Positions 42,701 through 57,700 of a DNA stretch of 64,000 nt are shown here, one piece after another. Under the pieces are notes generated by a model that worked only from the letters and a program-made list of their open reading frames with translations, ran no database searches and was not told where the DNA came from. The translations under genes were made by a program, and so were the position numbers. The DNA lies in NCBI GenBank assembly GCA_052327205.1, contig CM126207.1:40114001-40178000 (forward strand), given 5' to 3'. The stretch comes from Somniosus microcephalus (lineage: Eukaryota). Position 1 is the first letter of the stretch. Each line of letters starts with the position of its first letter.

Positions 42701-45700
42701 TCAGTGAAAGAAAGCAATGCTCCTGCTGATTGCAGCATAAAGCATGACAAATGAGGAAGGTAAGTTTAATGGAACAAATTAAAAACATGATCGAAATGAA
42801 AATGGTGTGTTGCTTTGATATTTATTGTGAGCGTGTTCACGATCTTAATGTTGAGCACTATGCATTAAATTGCAAGTATGCTGTTACTGGAGATTTTTCT
42901 TATACAAAATTTTGCCATTACAGATTTTATCAATTTCACTGGTTTAATGTCATTATTCACTTTACGAGGCATCAGCTCTGGACAGCAGCAGTGGCATTTA
43001 GTTTTATAAAAGAAAGTATTAACAACATTAATAATTGTTCCCTTCTATGATCTTGGATTTCTAGATTGCAATAGATTATACCTGTTGATGCTGGTGATGT
43101 TGCTGTGGATGAGATCAGAGTTGTAGTTGCTTCTGTTGAAGTGCTTCCTTCTGAGGTTCCAGATGATGTTGAAGCTGCTAATATGTATAGAAATGTCAGT
43201 AAAACAGGGCAAAGCTCTTCTAGATACCATCATAAATAGTGCAAACTGACCAACAAAACTAATGAGCTGAACTCAAACAATTTGATTACAGCTGGCTGGC
43301 ATGAATAATAATTATACAATTGTGCAAATTGGAACTGAAGTGAATGAGTTGCTTCTATTTTCCCACTGAAGGAGCCTCCGTGATATTTGATGCAAGCTAT
43401 CACATTAATGAAACTTTGAGCTTCTTATCAGAGTTATCTCTTTTCAGATGAATTATATGCATGATTAGAGAGTAAAAGAATGTGGCAGGATTAGTGAGTT
43501 TTTTAAATATACTAGGCATAAAAGCTGGAGTCAACAAGTGACTGTACATGATGTGACAAGAAGAACAGTCTCATCTGTAGATTGTGAATTTGAAACCATT
43601 CTGTGAGTGAGGAAAATGTGATTGGAACTTTTGATACATGTCGAAGGAATCAAAGATATTGATGGTTCTGTTGATGTGCTTAACAGTGATGGCTGCACTG
43701 GTGCATTGGCGATAGAAATGTAACATTATTAACAGACATGGAACTGTGAAGGCAGAAATGGCATTTACTCTTTTGAAAAAATTGTTTACAATGGTCAAGG
43801 TAAGACTAGTGTCTGTTGCTTGATTCAAAAATGATTTATCAGCGGGAAGGTTGAACGTTGACATTTGGGATGGCATTGTGGATACCTGTTGTTTCACTTG
43901 TTGAGGCTAAAGTGGTTGAAGAAGCAGGTACAGTTGTAGATGGATCTGTTGATGTGCTTTGTTCTGATGTTGGAGATGTTGATGATGTAGCTGTTGATGT
44001 TAAAAGAGATGTCAGTAAAAGAAAGCAATATTCCTGCTGCTTGCAGCATAAAGCACGTCAAATGAGAATGGTAAATTAAATGAAACAAATTAAAACATGA
44101 TCGAAATGAAAATGGTGGGTTGCTTTGATAGTTATTCTGAGAGTGTTCACGATCTTAATGTTGAGCACTATGCATTAAATTGCAAGTATGCTGTTACTGG
44201 AGATTTTTCTTATCAAAATTTGCCATTACAGAGATTATCAATTTCACTGGTTTAATGTCATTATTCACTTTACGAGGCATCAGCTCTGGACAGCAGCAGT
44301 GGCATTTAGTTTTATAAAAGAAAGTATTATCAACATTAATAATTGTTCCCTTCTATGATCTTGGATGTCTAGGTTGCAATAGATTATACCTGTTGATGCT
44401 GGTGATGTTGCTGTGGATGAGATCAGAGTTGTAGTTGCTTCTGTTGAACTGCTTCCTTCTGAGGTTCCAGCTGATGTTGAAGCTGCTAATATGTATAGAA
44501 ATGTCAGTAAAACAGGGCAAAGCTCTTCTAGATACCATCATAAATAGTGCAAACTGACCAACAAAGCTAATGAGCTGAACTCAAACAATTTGATTACAGT
44601 TGGTTGGCTTGAATAATAATTATACAATTGTGCAAATTGGAACTGAAGTGAATGAGTTGCTTCTATTTTCCCACTGAAGAAGCCTTCATGATATTTGATG
44701 CAAGCTGTCACATTAATTAAACATTGAGCTTCTTCTCAGAGTGATCTCCTTTTATAGTCGTCATATCCATGATTAGAGAGAATATGGATGTGGCTGGATT
44801 AGTAAGTTTTGAAATTGTACGAGGCATAAAATCTGGAGTCAACAAGTGACTGTAAATGATGTGGCAAGAAGAACAGTCTCATCTGTGGATTGTGAATTTG
44901 AAACCATTCTGTGAGTGAGGAAAATGCGATTGGAACTTTTGATACATGTCGAAGGAATCAAAGATATTGATGGTTCTGTTGATGTGCTTAACAGTGATGA
45001 CTCAACTGGTGCACTGGCAATAGAAATGTAACATTATTAACAGACATGGAACTGTGAAGACAGAAATGGCATTTACTCTTTTGAAAAAATTGTTTACAAT
45101 GGTCAAGGTAAGACTAGTGTCTGTTGCTTGATTCAAAAATGATTTATCAGCGGGAAGGTTGAACGTTGACATTTGGGATGGCATTGTGGATACCTGTTGT
45201 TTCACTTGTTGAGGCTAAAGTGGTTGAAGAAGCAGGTACAGTTGTAGATGGATCTGTTGATGTGCTTTGTTCTGATATTGGAGATGTTGATGATGTAGCT
45301 GTTGATTTTAAAAGAGATGTCAGTGAAAGAAAGCAATGCTCCTGCTGATTGCAGCATAAAGCACGTCAAATGAGAATGGTAAATTTAATGAAACGAATTA
45401 AAACATGATCGAAATGAAAATGGTGGGTTGCTTTGATATTTATTCTGAGAGTGTTCACAATCTTAATGTTGAGCACTATGCATTAAATTGCAAGTATGCT
45501 GTTACTGGAGATTTTTCTTATCAAAGTTTGCCATTACAGAGATTATCAATTTCACTGGTTTAAAGTCATTATTAATTTTTCGAATCACCAGCTCTGGACA
45601 GCAGCAATGGCATTTAGATTTATGAAAGAAAGTATTATCGACATTACTAATTGTTCCCTTCTATGATCTTGAATTTCTAGATTGCAATAGATTATACCTG

Positions 45701-48700
45701 TTGATGCTGGTGATGTTGCTGTGGATGAGATCAGAGTTGTAGTTGCTTCTGTTGAAGTGCTTCCTTCTGAGGTTCCAGATGATGTTGAAGCTGCTAATAT
45801 GTGTAGAAATGTCAGTAAAACAGGGCAAAGCTCTTCTAGATACCATCATAAATAGTGCAAACTGACCAACAAAGCTAATGAGCTGAACTCAAACAATTTG
45901 ATTGCAGTTGGTTGGCTTGAATAATAATTATACAATTGTGCAAATTGGAACTGAAGTGAATGAGTTGCTTCTATTTTCCCACTGAAGAAGCCTTCATGAT
46001 ATTTGATGCAAGCTATCACATTAATTAAACTTTGACCTTCTTCTCAGAGTGATCTCCTTTTATAGTCGTCATATCCATGATTAGAGAGAATATGGATGTG
46101 GCTGGATTAGTAAGTTTTTAAATTGTACGAGGCATAAAATCTGGAGTCAACAAGTGACTGTAAATGATGTGGCAAGAAGAACAGTCTCATCTGTGGATTG
46201 TGAATTTGAAACCATTCTGTGAGTGAGGAAAATGCGATTGGAACTTTTGATACATGTCGAAGGAATCAAAGATATTGATGGTTCTGTTGATGTGCTAAAC
46301 AGTGATGGCTCAACTGGTGCATTGGCAATAGAAATGTAACATTATTAACAGACATGGAACTGTGAAGGCAAAAATGGCATTTACTCTTTTGAAAAAATAG
46401 TTTACAATGGTCAAGGTAAGACTAGTGTCTGTTGCTTGATTCAAAAATGATTTATCAGCGGGAAGGTTGAACGTTGACATTTGGGATGGCATTGTGGATA
46501 CCTGTTGTTTCACTTGTTGAGGCTAAAGTGGTTGAAGAAGCAGGTACAGTTGTAGATGGATCTGTTGATGTGCTTTGTTCTGATGTTGGAGATGTTGATG
46601 ATGTAGCTGTTGATGTTAAAAGAGATGTCAGTGAAAGAAAGCAATGCTCCTGCTGATTGCAGCATAAAGCACGACAAATGAGGAAGGTAAGTTTAATGGA
46701 ACAAATTAAAAACATGATCGAAATGAAAATGGTGGGTTGCTTTGATATTTATTGTGAGCGTGTTCACGATCTTAATGTTGAGCACTATGCATTAAATTGC
46801 AAGTATGCTGTTACTGGAGATTTTTCTTCTACAAAATTTTGCCATTACAGATTTTATCAATTTCACTGGTTTAATGTCATTATTCACTTTACGAGGCATC
46901 AGCTCTGGACAGCAGCAGTGGCATTTAGTTTTATAAAAGAAAGTATTAACAACATTAATAATTGTTCCCTTCTATGATCTTGGATTTCTAGATTGCAATA
47001 GATTATACCTGTTGATGCTGGTGATGTTGCTGTGGATGAGATCAGAGTTGTAGTTGCTTCTGTTGAAGTGCTTCCTTCTGAGGTTCCAGATGATGTTGAA
47101 GCTGCTAATATGTATAGAAATGTCAGTAAAACAGGGCAAAGCTCTTCTAGATACCATCATAAATAGTGCAAACTGACCAACAAAACTAATGAGCTGAACT
47201 CAAACAATTTGATTACAGCTGGCTGGCATGAATAATAATTATACAATTGTGCAAATTGGAACTGAAGTGAATGAGTTGCTTCTATTTTCCCACTGAAGGA
47301 GCCTCCGTGATATTTGATGCAAGCTATCACATTAATGAAACTTTGAGCTTCTTATCAGAGTTATCTCTTTTCCGATGAATTATATGCATGATTAGAGAGT
47401 AAAAGAATGTGGCAGGATTAGTGAGTTTTTTAAATATACTAGGCATAAAAGCTGGAGTCAACAAGTGACTGTACATGATGTGACAAGAAGAACAGTCTCA
47501 TCTGTAGATTGTGAATTTGAAACCATTCTGTGAGTGAGGAAAATGTGATTGGAACTTTTGATACATGTCGAAGGAATCAAAGATATTGATGGTTCTGTTG
47601 ATGTGCATAACAGTGATGGCTCCACTGGTGCATTGGCAATAGAAATGTAACATTATTAACAGACATGGAACTGTGAAGGCAGAAATGGCATTAACTCTTT
47701 TGAAAAAATTGTTTACAATGGTCAAGGTAAGACTAGTGTCTGTTGCTTGATTCAAAAATGATTTATCAGCGGGAAGGTTGAACGTTGACATTTGGGATGG
47801 CATTGTGGATACCTGTTGTTTCACTTGTTGAGGCTAAAGTGGTTGAAGAAGCAGGTACAGTTGTAGATGGATCTGTTGATGTGCTTTGTTCTGATGTTGG
47901 AGATGTTGATGATGTAGCTGTTGATGTTAAAAGAGATGTCAGTAAAAGAAAGCAATATTCCTGCTGCTTGCAGCATAAAGCACGTCAAATGAGAATGGTA
48001 AATTAAATGAAACAAATTAAAACATGATCGAAATGAAAATGGTGGGTTGCTTTGATAGTTATTCTGAGAGTGTTCACGATCTTAATGTTGAGCACTATGC
48101 ATTAAATTGCAAGTATGCTGTTACTGGAGATTTTTCTTATCAAAATTTGCCATTACAGAGATTATCAATTTCACTGGTTTAATGTCATTATTCACTTTAC
48201 GAGGCATCAGCTCTGGACAGCAGCAGTGGCATTTAGTTTTATAAAAGAAAGTATTATCAACATTAATAATTGTTCCCTTCTATGATCTTGGATGTCTAGG
48301 TTGCAATAGATTATACCTGTTGATGCTGGTGATGTTGCTGTGGATGAGATCAGAGTTGTAGTTGCTTCTGTTGAAGTGCTTCCTTCTGAGGTTCCAGCTG
48401 ATGTTGAAGCTGCTAATATGTATAGAAATGTCAGTAAAACAGGGCAAAGCTCTTCTAGATACCATCATAAATAGTGCAAACTGACCAACAAAGCTAATGA
48501 GCTGAACTCAAACAATTTGATTACAGTTGGTTGGCTTGAATAATAATTATACAATTGTGCAAATTGGAACTGAAGTGAATGAGTTGCTTCTATTTTCCCA
48601 CTGAAGAAGCCTTCATGATATTTGATGCAAGCTGTCACATTAATTAAACATTGAGCTTCTTCTCAGAGTGATCTCCTTTTATAGTCGTCATATCCATGAT

Positions 48701-51700
48701 TAAAGAGAATATGGATGTGGCTGGATTAGTAAGTTTTTAAATTGTACGAGGCATAAAATCTGGAGTCAACAAGTGACTGTAAATGGTGTGGCAAGAAGAA
48801 CAGTCTCATCTGTGGATTGTGAATTTGAAACCATTCTGTGAGTGAGGAAAATGCGATTGGAACTTTTGATACATGTCGAAGGAATCAAAGATATTCATGG
48901 TTCTTTTGATGTGCTTAACAGTGATGACTCAACTGGTGCATTGGCAATAGAAATGTAACATTATTAACAGACATGGAACTGTGAAGACAGAAATGGCATT
49001 TACTCTTTTGAAAAAATTGTTTACAATGGTCAAGGTAAGACTAGTGTCTGTTGCTTGATTCAAAAATGATTTATCAGCGGGAAGGTTGAACGTTGACATT
49101 TGGGATGGCATTGTGGATACCTGTTGTTTCACTTGTTGAGGCTAAAGTGGTTGAAGAAGCAGGTACAGTTGTAGATGGATCTGTTGATGTGCTTTGTTCT
49201 GATGTTGGAGATGTTGATGATGTAGCTGTTGATGTTAAAAGAGATGTCAGTGAAAGAAAGCAATGCTCCTGCTGATTGCAGCATAAAGCACGTCAAATGA
49301 GAATGGTAAATTTAATGAAACGAATTAAAACATGATCGAAATGAAAATGGTGGGTTGCTTTGATATTTATTCTGAGAGTGTTCACAATCTTAATGTTGAG
49401 CACTATGCATTAAATTGCAAGTATGCTGTTACTGGAGATTTTTCTTATCAAAGTTTGCCATTACAGAGATTATCAATTTCACTGGTTTAAAGTCATTATT
49501 AATTTTTCGAATCACCAGCTCTGGACAGCAGCAATGGCATTTAGATTTATGAAAGAATGTATTATTGTAGTGTATGTGCTTCAAGTCAGAACTACTTTTT
49601 ACAGCTCCTGTATACTGTAGTACCGGCAGTGACCACACCGGTATATAAGCTGTGCGCATGCCTCTGTACCCCAGTCTAGAGATTACCCTCATCCAGTAAA
49701 GACCTGTTATTTGTTTATGTACAGCATCCGTGTAATTATTTATCCACTGAACCACGGATCTAACAGTGGCGACGAGTGTTGAGGCGAATCTACCTGCAAC
49801 ATAAAAAAATATATAGTCGAGTCCAGGAACACGGGCGTCGACCGTGAGCAACCGCCCAGCAGTCAGGCAGAGATCCATCTTCGCTGGGGAGGCTGTGGAG
49901 AGCCGGGCTTGGTTCCCCAGCCACAACGAGCAGTAAGAGACTGACGACAGGTCCAGAGCAGACCCTTCCCGAGCAGCGGCGGCTGGAGCCGACTGACGGC
50001 AGAGAGAGAGAGCCGGCCAGCGTCGACGGGGTAAGAAAGAGGGTGAAGAGAGCAGGGCGCAGCCGGGGGTTGATCACCGAGCGGCGTCGAGGAAAAATAC
50101 TGCAAACCGGAGAGAGAGAGGGTAAGAAAGAGCCGGGTTCTAGACTGAGCGGCGTTGAAAAATATCAAGAGAAGAACGCGCAGAGCACAGCCAGGGATCA
50201 CGGGCTGATCAGGGTCCGTGGGCGAAGCAAGGGGAGACGCCATTGAGCCGCGGAGAAGCAGGGAGAGCGCGGGAGACGCCATTGAGCCGCGGAGAAGCAG
50301 GGAGAGTGCGGGAGGCGCCAGTGAGCCGCGGAGAAGAAGGAAGAGCGTGGGAGACGCCATTTTGCAAAGCCGCAGCAGAGAAGACGGGCGAGCACGGGAA
50401 GGAAGGAAAGCGCGGGAGACGCCATTTTGTGCCCGCGGAGAAGAAGGGGAAGCGCGGGAGGCGCCAGTGGTGATAGTTAACGCACAACCAAGGATGCCGA
50501 AGAGTGGCAGTATCTCTACGTTCGACAATGAAGTCGAAGATTGGGCGACATATGTGGAACGTATTGAGGTGTACTGCAGGGCGAATGAAGTGCCAGATGC
50601 TAATAAAGCACTGGTTCTGTTAAATTCCATGGGTGCAAAAACTTATGGGTTACTGTGAAATCTAATAACCCCAGAGAAGCCAGTAAACATGAATTTTGAA
50701 AGCATAGTAGAAATCCTACAGGACCACTTAAACCCCACACCGCTGCTGATAGCAGAACGATTTAAGTTCCATAAAAGGAACCAACACAAAGATGAAAGCA
50801 ATGCTGAGTACCTAACGGAATTGCGCAAGCTATCGAAATACTGCCAGTTTGGAGCGGGACTAGCAGACACGTTAAGGGACAAGTTTGTGTGTGGGCTTCA
50901 AAGTGAAGGAACCCAGAAACGGCTTCTATCAGAAAAGGACATTACGCTGGACAAAGCTTTCAGTATGGCAGTATCACACGAAGCAGCCGCAAGGGGCGCT
51001 GCAGAGATACAATGGAGACCGCAAGAATATGGCACCAACGAAATGACCTATGGAACAGGGAAGTGCTATCGCTGCGGCAGAACAACACATGACCAGAAAG
51101 ATTGTTGGTTCAAGGACCAAGTGTGCAGACAGTGTGGGAAAGCAGGACACATAGCAAGAATCTGCAGGTCTGGGAAGAAAACCAACAGTAAGAAATCTCC
51201 ACAGGAGAAGTACAAAAAGGTACACCAGGTGATGGACAGTGGTTCAGACGAACAGAAAAGTGACACAGACTCCGGAAGCAAGGAGCTGGGTTGTCTGAAA
51301 CTACATAATGTAACCGAAATGGAGGATCACCAGACTATCTGGGTTACACTCAAGATAGATGGAGTCCAAGTGGAAATGGAATTGGACACAGGGTCAGCTC
51401 TAACAGTCATAAATCAAAGAGACTACAAGCAGCTATTTTCACACATACCCTTGAAAGCTACAGAGATTGTCTTGAAGACGTATACGGGGCAAAAAGTCTA
51501 CCCCAAAGGAAAAATAAGGGTGAAAGTGACATATAAAGGTCAGGAAATACCTAAAATGGATATATATGTATTGACAAATGGAGGACCACCACTGCTAGGA
51601 TGTGAATGGATCCGGAAGATACTTTTAGATTGGCATTCCATACAGGCACTGAAGGTGGAGGCCAAAAAGGATGACGACGTCACACCTGGACGACTGTCAA

Positions 51701-54700
51701 AAATGCTAACTGACGCAAAAGAAGTGTTCCAGGAGGGACTAGGAACACTAAAAGGAATAACAGCAACAATTAAAATAGTGGATAATGCAAGCCCAAAGTT
51801 TCTGAAGGCCAGACCAGTGCCTTATGCGATCAGACCAGCAGTTGAAGCAGAGCTGGAAGGGTTGGAACGTTCAGGAGTACTGTCCAAAGTGGACTGGAGT
51901 GAGTGGGCTACACCCATCGTTCCTGTAATGAAGAGGTCGTTGAGTAATACGCCTGGGGAACCAAGGAAGGTCCGCCTCTGTGGGGATTTTAAGGTGACAG
52001 TGAACCCGGTCCTTCACACGGTGCAATATCCGCTTCCACAAATTGAGGATATTTCGCCTCGCTATCTGGTGGTAAACGCTTCACAAAAATTGATCTAGCC
52101 CAGGCGTACTTGCAAATGGAGGTAGAAGAAGCTTCGAAACATTACCTTACGATCAACACCCATAAAGGTCTGTATCAATACAACCGGCTGGTGTTTGGAG
52201 TAGCCTCAGCTCCGGCTATCTGGCAAAGGGCGATGGATCAGGTCCTGCAAGGGATTCCAGGGACCCAGTGTTATTTGGACGACATCTTGGTCACGGGCGA
52301 AAATGACGGTGATCACCTCGCTAACTTGGAGAAGGTGCTCGCCAGATTAAAGGAATATGGGCTACGAGCTAATCGCCACAAGTGCAAGTTTTTCCAGAAA
52401 CAGATCTCATATTGCGGCCACGTCATCGATGAAGAGGGGTTATATAAGTCCCCTGACAAGATAGAGGCAGTTGTCAAGGCTCCAGCACCGGAAAATGTGT
52501 CACAACTGAGGTTGTTCCTCGGGCTGGTAAACTATTACCACAAGTTCTTACCAAATTTGTCTACGGTATTACACCCGCTGAACACCCTACTGCTAACAGG
52601 GGTACCATGGAAGTGGGATGACGAATGTAGACGAGCTGTCCAGAAGTGTAAAGAATTGATCACATCAAAAGAGGTGCTGGCCCATTTCAACCCAGCACTA
52701 CCAATTCGTTTGGCATGTGATGCATCACCCTACGGCATTGGAGCGGTGCTGTCGCACAAATTCCCAGACGGGTTGGAGAGGCCAGTAGCCTTTGCGTCTC
52801 GGTCATTAACCTCAGCCGAGCGCAACTACGCCCAGATTGACAGGGAGGCCCTCAGCCTAGTATGGGGAGTAAAAAAATTCAACCACTATCTGCATGGACA
52901 GAAGTTCACCTTGCTGACTGACCACCAACCACTTGTCTCCATCTTTAATCCTAAGAAGGGCGTGCCAGTAATGACTGCACAGCGGTTACAAAGATGGTCC
53001 CTGTTTCTAGGGGCGAATCAATATGAAATAGAATATAAAGGCACGAGACAGCATGGAAACGCTGATGGGCTATCGCGCCTGCCACTGCCTACTGTGGAGG
53101 AAGCACCAGCAGTGGACCCTATCGAGATATTTTATTCGTCGATAATTGAACGATTGCCAGTAACAAATGCGGATATAGAGGAGACCCGCAATGATCCGAC
53201 GCTGTCACGGGTATATGAATTGACGGTGAGGGGATGGCCAGCACATGGCGACTCACTGTTGCCAGCATTCTCATCCAGAAGAGAACAGCTGTCAGTATGC
53301 CAGGGGACAGTGATGTGTGGATCCAGAGTGGTGATTCCACCCAAGTTAAGGGAGAGAGTGCTAAATGAGCTACATGAAGGTTATCTGGGGGGAGTGAAAA
53401 TGAAAAGCCTAGCTAGGGCTTATGTGTGGTGGCCGGGAATCGATCAACAAATCGAAGACCTAACTAAGAGCTGCTTAGGATGCCAGAAAGTCCAAAATGC
53501 ACCACCACATGCCCCTCTACACCCATGGGAGGGGCCCTCCTCTCCATGGCAACGGGTGCACATTGATTTCGCTGGTCCATTCATGGACTCACTGTTCTTA
53601 ATAGCAGTGGATGCTCATTCAAAGTGGCCTGAGGTGATAAAGATGTCTTCAACCACTACAGAGAAAACGATTGCAGTCCTACGGACCATATTTGCCAGAA
53701 ACGCGTTGCCAGAGCAGATCTGCTCTGATAATGGACCACAGTTTGTGTCCGACGAGTTCCTAAAATTCATGAAAAGGAATGGGGTAAGGCATTGCACATC
53801 CGCCCCGTATCATCCAGCCACCAATGGATTGGCTGAGAGGTTCGTACAAACCTTTAAGAAGGCGATAAAGGCCATGTGCGACGAGGAAATTCCACTACAG
53901 CATAAGATGGACAATTTCTTATTAGCCTACCGAAACGCGACACATGCAGTTACCAACCAGACCCCGGCCATGATGTTCTTTAACCGAAGGTTGAGATCTC
54001 GTCTGGACTTGCTCAGACCAAATGTGCGAAGAAATGTTGAGGACAAACAATTCCAGCACATCAACAAGAAGCCGACAAGGAGCTTCAATGTAGGGCAACC
54101 AGTCTTGGCCCGGGACTATCGAACAGAGAAGTGGCAACCCGGAACGATATGTACAAGGCAGGGGCCATTAATGTACACAGTGGATGTCGGGGAGAACATT
54201 GTGAGACGCCACGTCGATCAGATCTTAGCATCACAGGAATGCATCAACCCCATGTCTCGAGTACCTGGGGATGAACCCGACATACCGGTAGTATCTTCTT
54301 CAGACCCAGTAGCAGTGGAACCCGATGAACTACCCGATGAAAGGGGGTCAGAATCGCCTCTGCAACAAGAACAAGAACCTCCGGAAAGGCGCTATCCCGA
54401 AAGGGTCAGGAAGCCGCCCCAAAGACTGAATCTATAAATGGACTTTTGTTATTGAATGTACATGTAAAAATGTAATTGTTATTTGAATATTAAGGGGGTA
54501 TTATTAATCTAAAAAGGGAGGAATTGTAGTGTATGTGCTTTAAGTCAGAACTACTTTTTACAGCTCCTGTATACTGTAGTACCGGCAGTGACCACACCGG
54601 TATATAAGCTGTGCGCATGCCTCTGTACCCCAGTCTAGAGATTACCCTCCTCCAGTAAAGACCTGTTACTTGTTTATGTACAGCATCCGTGTAATTATTT

Positions 54701-57700
54701 ATCCACTGAACCACGGCTCTAACAATTATCAACATTAATAATTGTTCCCTTCTATGATCTTGGATTTCTAGGTTGCAATAGATTATACCTGTTGATGCTG
54801 GTGATGTTGCTGTGGATGAGATCAGAGTTGTAGTTGCTTCTGTTGAAGTGCTTCCTTCTGAGGTTCCAGCTGATGTCGAAGCTGCTAATATGTACAGAAA
54901 TGTCAGTAAAACAGGGCAAAGCTCTTCTAGATAACATCATAAATAGTGCAAACTGACCAATAAAGCTAATGAGCTGAACTCAAACAATTTGATTACAGCT
55001 GGCTGGCTTGAATAATAATTATACAATTGTGTAATTTGGAACTGAAGTGAATGAGTTGCTTCTATTTTCCCACTGAAGGAGCCTCCATGATATTTGATGC
55101 AAGCTATCACATTAATTAAACTTTGAGCTTCTTATCAGAGTTATCTCTTTTCAGATGAATTGTATCCATGATTAGAGAGTAAAAGAATGTGGTAGGATTA
55201 GTGAGTTTTTAAAATATACTAGGCATAAAAGCTGGAGTCAACAAGTGACTGTAAATGATGTGACAAGAAGAACAGTCACATCTGTGGTTTGTAACTTTGA
55301 AACCATTCTGTGAGTGAGGGAAATGCGATTGGAACATTTGATACATGTCGAAGGAATCAAAGATGTTGATGGTTCTGCTGATGTGCTTAACAGTGATGGC
55401 TCAACTGGTGCTTTGGCAATAGAAATGTAACATTATTAACAGACATGGAACTGTGAAGGCACAAATGGCATTTACTCTTTTGAAAAAATTGTTTACAATG
55501 GTCAAGGTAAGACTAGTGTCTGTTGCTTGATTCAAAAATGAATTATCAGCGGGAAGGTTGAACGTTGACATTTGGGATGGCATTGTGGATACCTGTTGTT
55601 TCACTTGTTGAGGCTAAAGTGGTTGAAGAAGCAGTTACAGTTGTAGATGGATCTGTTGATATGGTTTGTTCTAATGTTGGAGATGTTGATGATGTAGCTG
55701 TTGATGTTAAAAGAGATGTCAGTGAAAGAAAGCAATGCTCCTGCTGATTGCAGCATAAAACACGTCAAATGAGAATGGTAAATTTAATTAAACGAATTAA
55801 AAACATGATCGAAATGAAAATGGTGGGTTGCTTTGATATTTATTCTGAGAGTGTTCACGATCTTAATGTTGAGCACTATGCATTAAATTGCAAGTATGCT
55901 GTTACTGGAGATTTTTCTTATACAACATTTGCCATTACAGAGATTATCAATTTCACTGGTTTAATGTCAATATTCACTTTACGAGGCATCAGCTCTGGAC
56001 AGCAGCAGTGGCATTTAGTTTTATGAAAGAAGGTATTATCAACGTTAATAAATGTTCCCTTCTATGATCTTGGATTTCTAGGTTGGAATAGATTATACCT
56101 GTTGATGCTGGTGATGTTGCTGTGGATGAGATCAGAGTTGTAGTTGCTTCTGTTGAAGTGCTTCCTTCTGAGGTTCCAGCTGATGTCGAAGCTGCTAATA
56201 TGTATAGAAATGTCAGTAAAACAGGGCAAAGCTCTTCTAGATACCATCATAAATAGTGCAAACTGACCAACAAAGCTAATGAGCTGAACTCAAACAATTT
56301 GATTACAGTTGGTTGGCATGAATAATAATTATACAATTGTGCAAATTGGAACTGAAGTGAATGAGTTGCTTCTATTTTCCCACTGAAGGAGCCTCCATGA
56401 TATTTGATGCAAGCTATCACATTAATTAAACTTTGAGCTTCTTATCAGAGTTATCTCTTTTCAGATGAATTGTATCCATTATTAGAGAGTAAAAGAATGT
56501 GGCAGGATTAGTACGTTTTAAAAATATACTAGGCATAAAAGCTGGAGTCAACAAGTGACTGTACATGAACTGACAAGAAGAACAGTCACATCTGTGGTTT
56601 GTGCATTTGAAACCATTCTGTGAGTGAGGGAAATGTGATTGGAACTTTTGATACATGTCGAAGGAATCAAAGATGTTGATGGTTCTGCTGATGTGCTTAA
56701 CAGTGATGGCTCAACTGGTGCTTTGGCAATAGAAATGTAACATTATTAACAGACATGGAACTGTGAAGGCACAAATGGCATTTACTCTTTTGAAAAAATT
56801 GTTTACAATGGTCAAGGTAAGACTAGTGTCTGTTGCTTGATTCAAAAATGATTTATCAGCGGGAAGGTTGAACGTTGACATTTGGGATGGAATTTGGATA
56901 CCTGTTTCACTTGTTGAGGATAAATTGGTTGAAGAAGCAGTTACAGTTGTAGGTGGATCTGTTGATGTGCTTTGTTCTGATGTTGGAGATGTTGATGATG
57001 TAGCTGTTGATGTTAAAAGAGATGTCAGTGAAAGAAAGCAATGCTCCTGCTGATTGCAGCATAAAGCACGTCAAATGAGGAAAGTAAGTTTAATGAAACG
57101 AATTAAAAACATGATCGAAATGAAAATGGTGGGTTGCTTTGATATTTATTCTGAGAGTGTTCACGGTCTTAATGTTGAGCACTATGCATTAAATTGCAAG
57201 TATGCTGTTACTGGAGATTTTCCTTATACAAAGTTTGCCATTACAGAGACTATCAGTTTCACTGGTTTAATGTCATTATTCACTTTACGAGGCATCAGCT
57301 CTGGACAGCAGCAGTGGCATTTAGTTTTATAAAAGAAAGTATAATCAACATTAATAATTGTTCCCTTCTATGATCTTGGATTTCTAGGTTGCAATAGATT
57401 ATACCTGTTGATGCTGGTGATGTTGCTGTGGATGAGATCAGAGTTGTAGTTGCTTCTGTTGAAGTGCTTCCTTCTGAGGTTCCAGCTGATGTCGAAGCTG
57501 CTAATATGTAGAGAAATGTCAGTAAAACAGGGCAAAGCTCTTCTAGATACCATCATAAATAGTGCAAACTGACCAACAAAGCTAATGAGCTGAACTCAAA
57601 CAATTTGATTACAGCTGGTTGGCATGAATAATAATTATACAATTGTGTAATTTGGAACTGAAGTGAATGAGTTGCTTCTATTTTTCCACTGAGTTTGCCT

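Larger units (their letters stand above)
49566..54724 (+). mobile_element. Full-length Ty3/Gypsy LTR retrotransposon (Mag-like), coding region disrupted
   Basis: Two 200-bp TG...CA LTRs, a 5-bp TSD ATTAT (49561-49565 and 54725-54729), PBS, PPT, and gag-PR-RT-RNaseH-IN domain order. The host repeat unit resumes exactly after the TSD. Confidence 0.97.

Noticed and set aside
49429-50630. Long antisense ORFs over the Gypsy LTR and leader (165, 95, 255 aa)
   Set aside because: They arise from GC-rich, 39-bp-repeat sequence poor in stops and show no recognisable domain.
50656-52054. Programmed readthrough (TGA 50656) or programmed frameshift (~52053) in the Gypsy element
   Set aside because: The stop is inside the Gag N-terminal region (likely CGA>TGA) and the frameshift is inside RT. 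Neither is at a gag/pol boundary, so both look like decay mutations.
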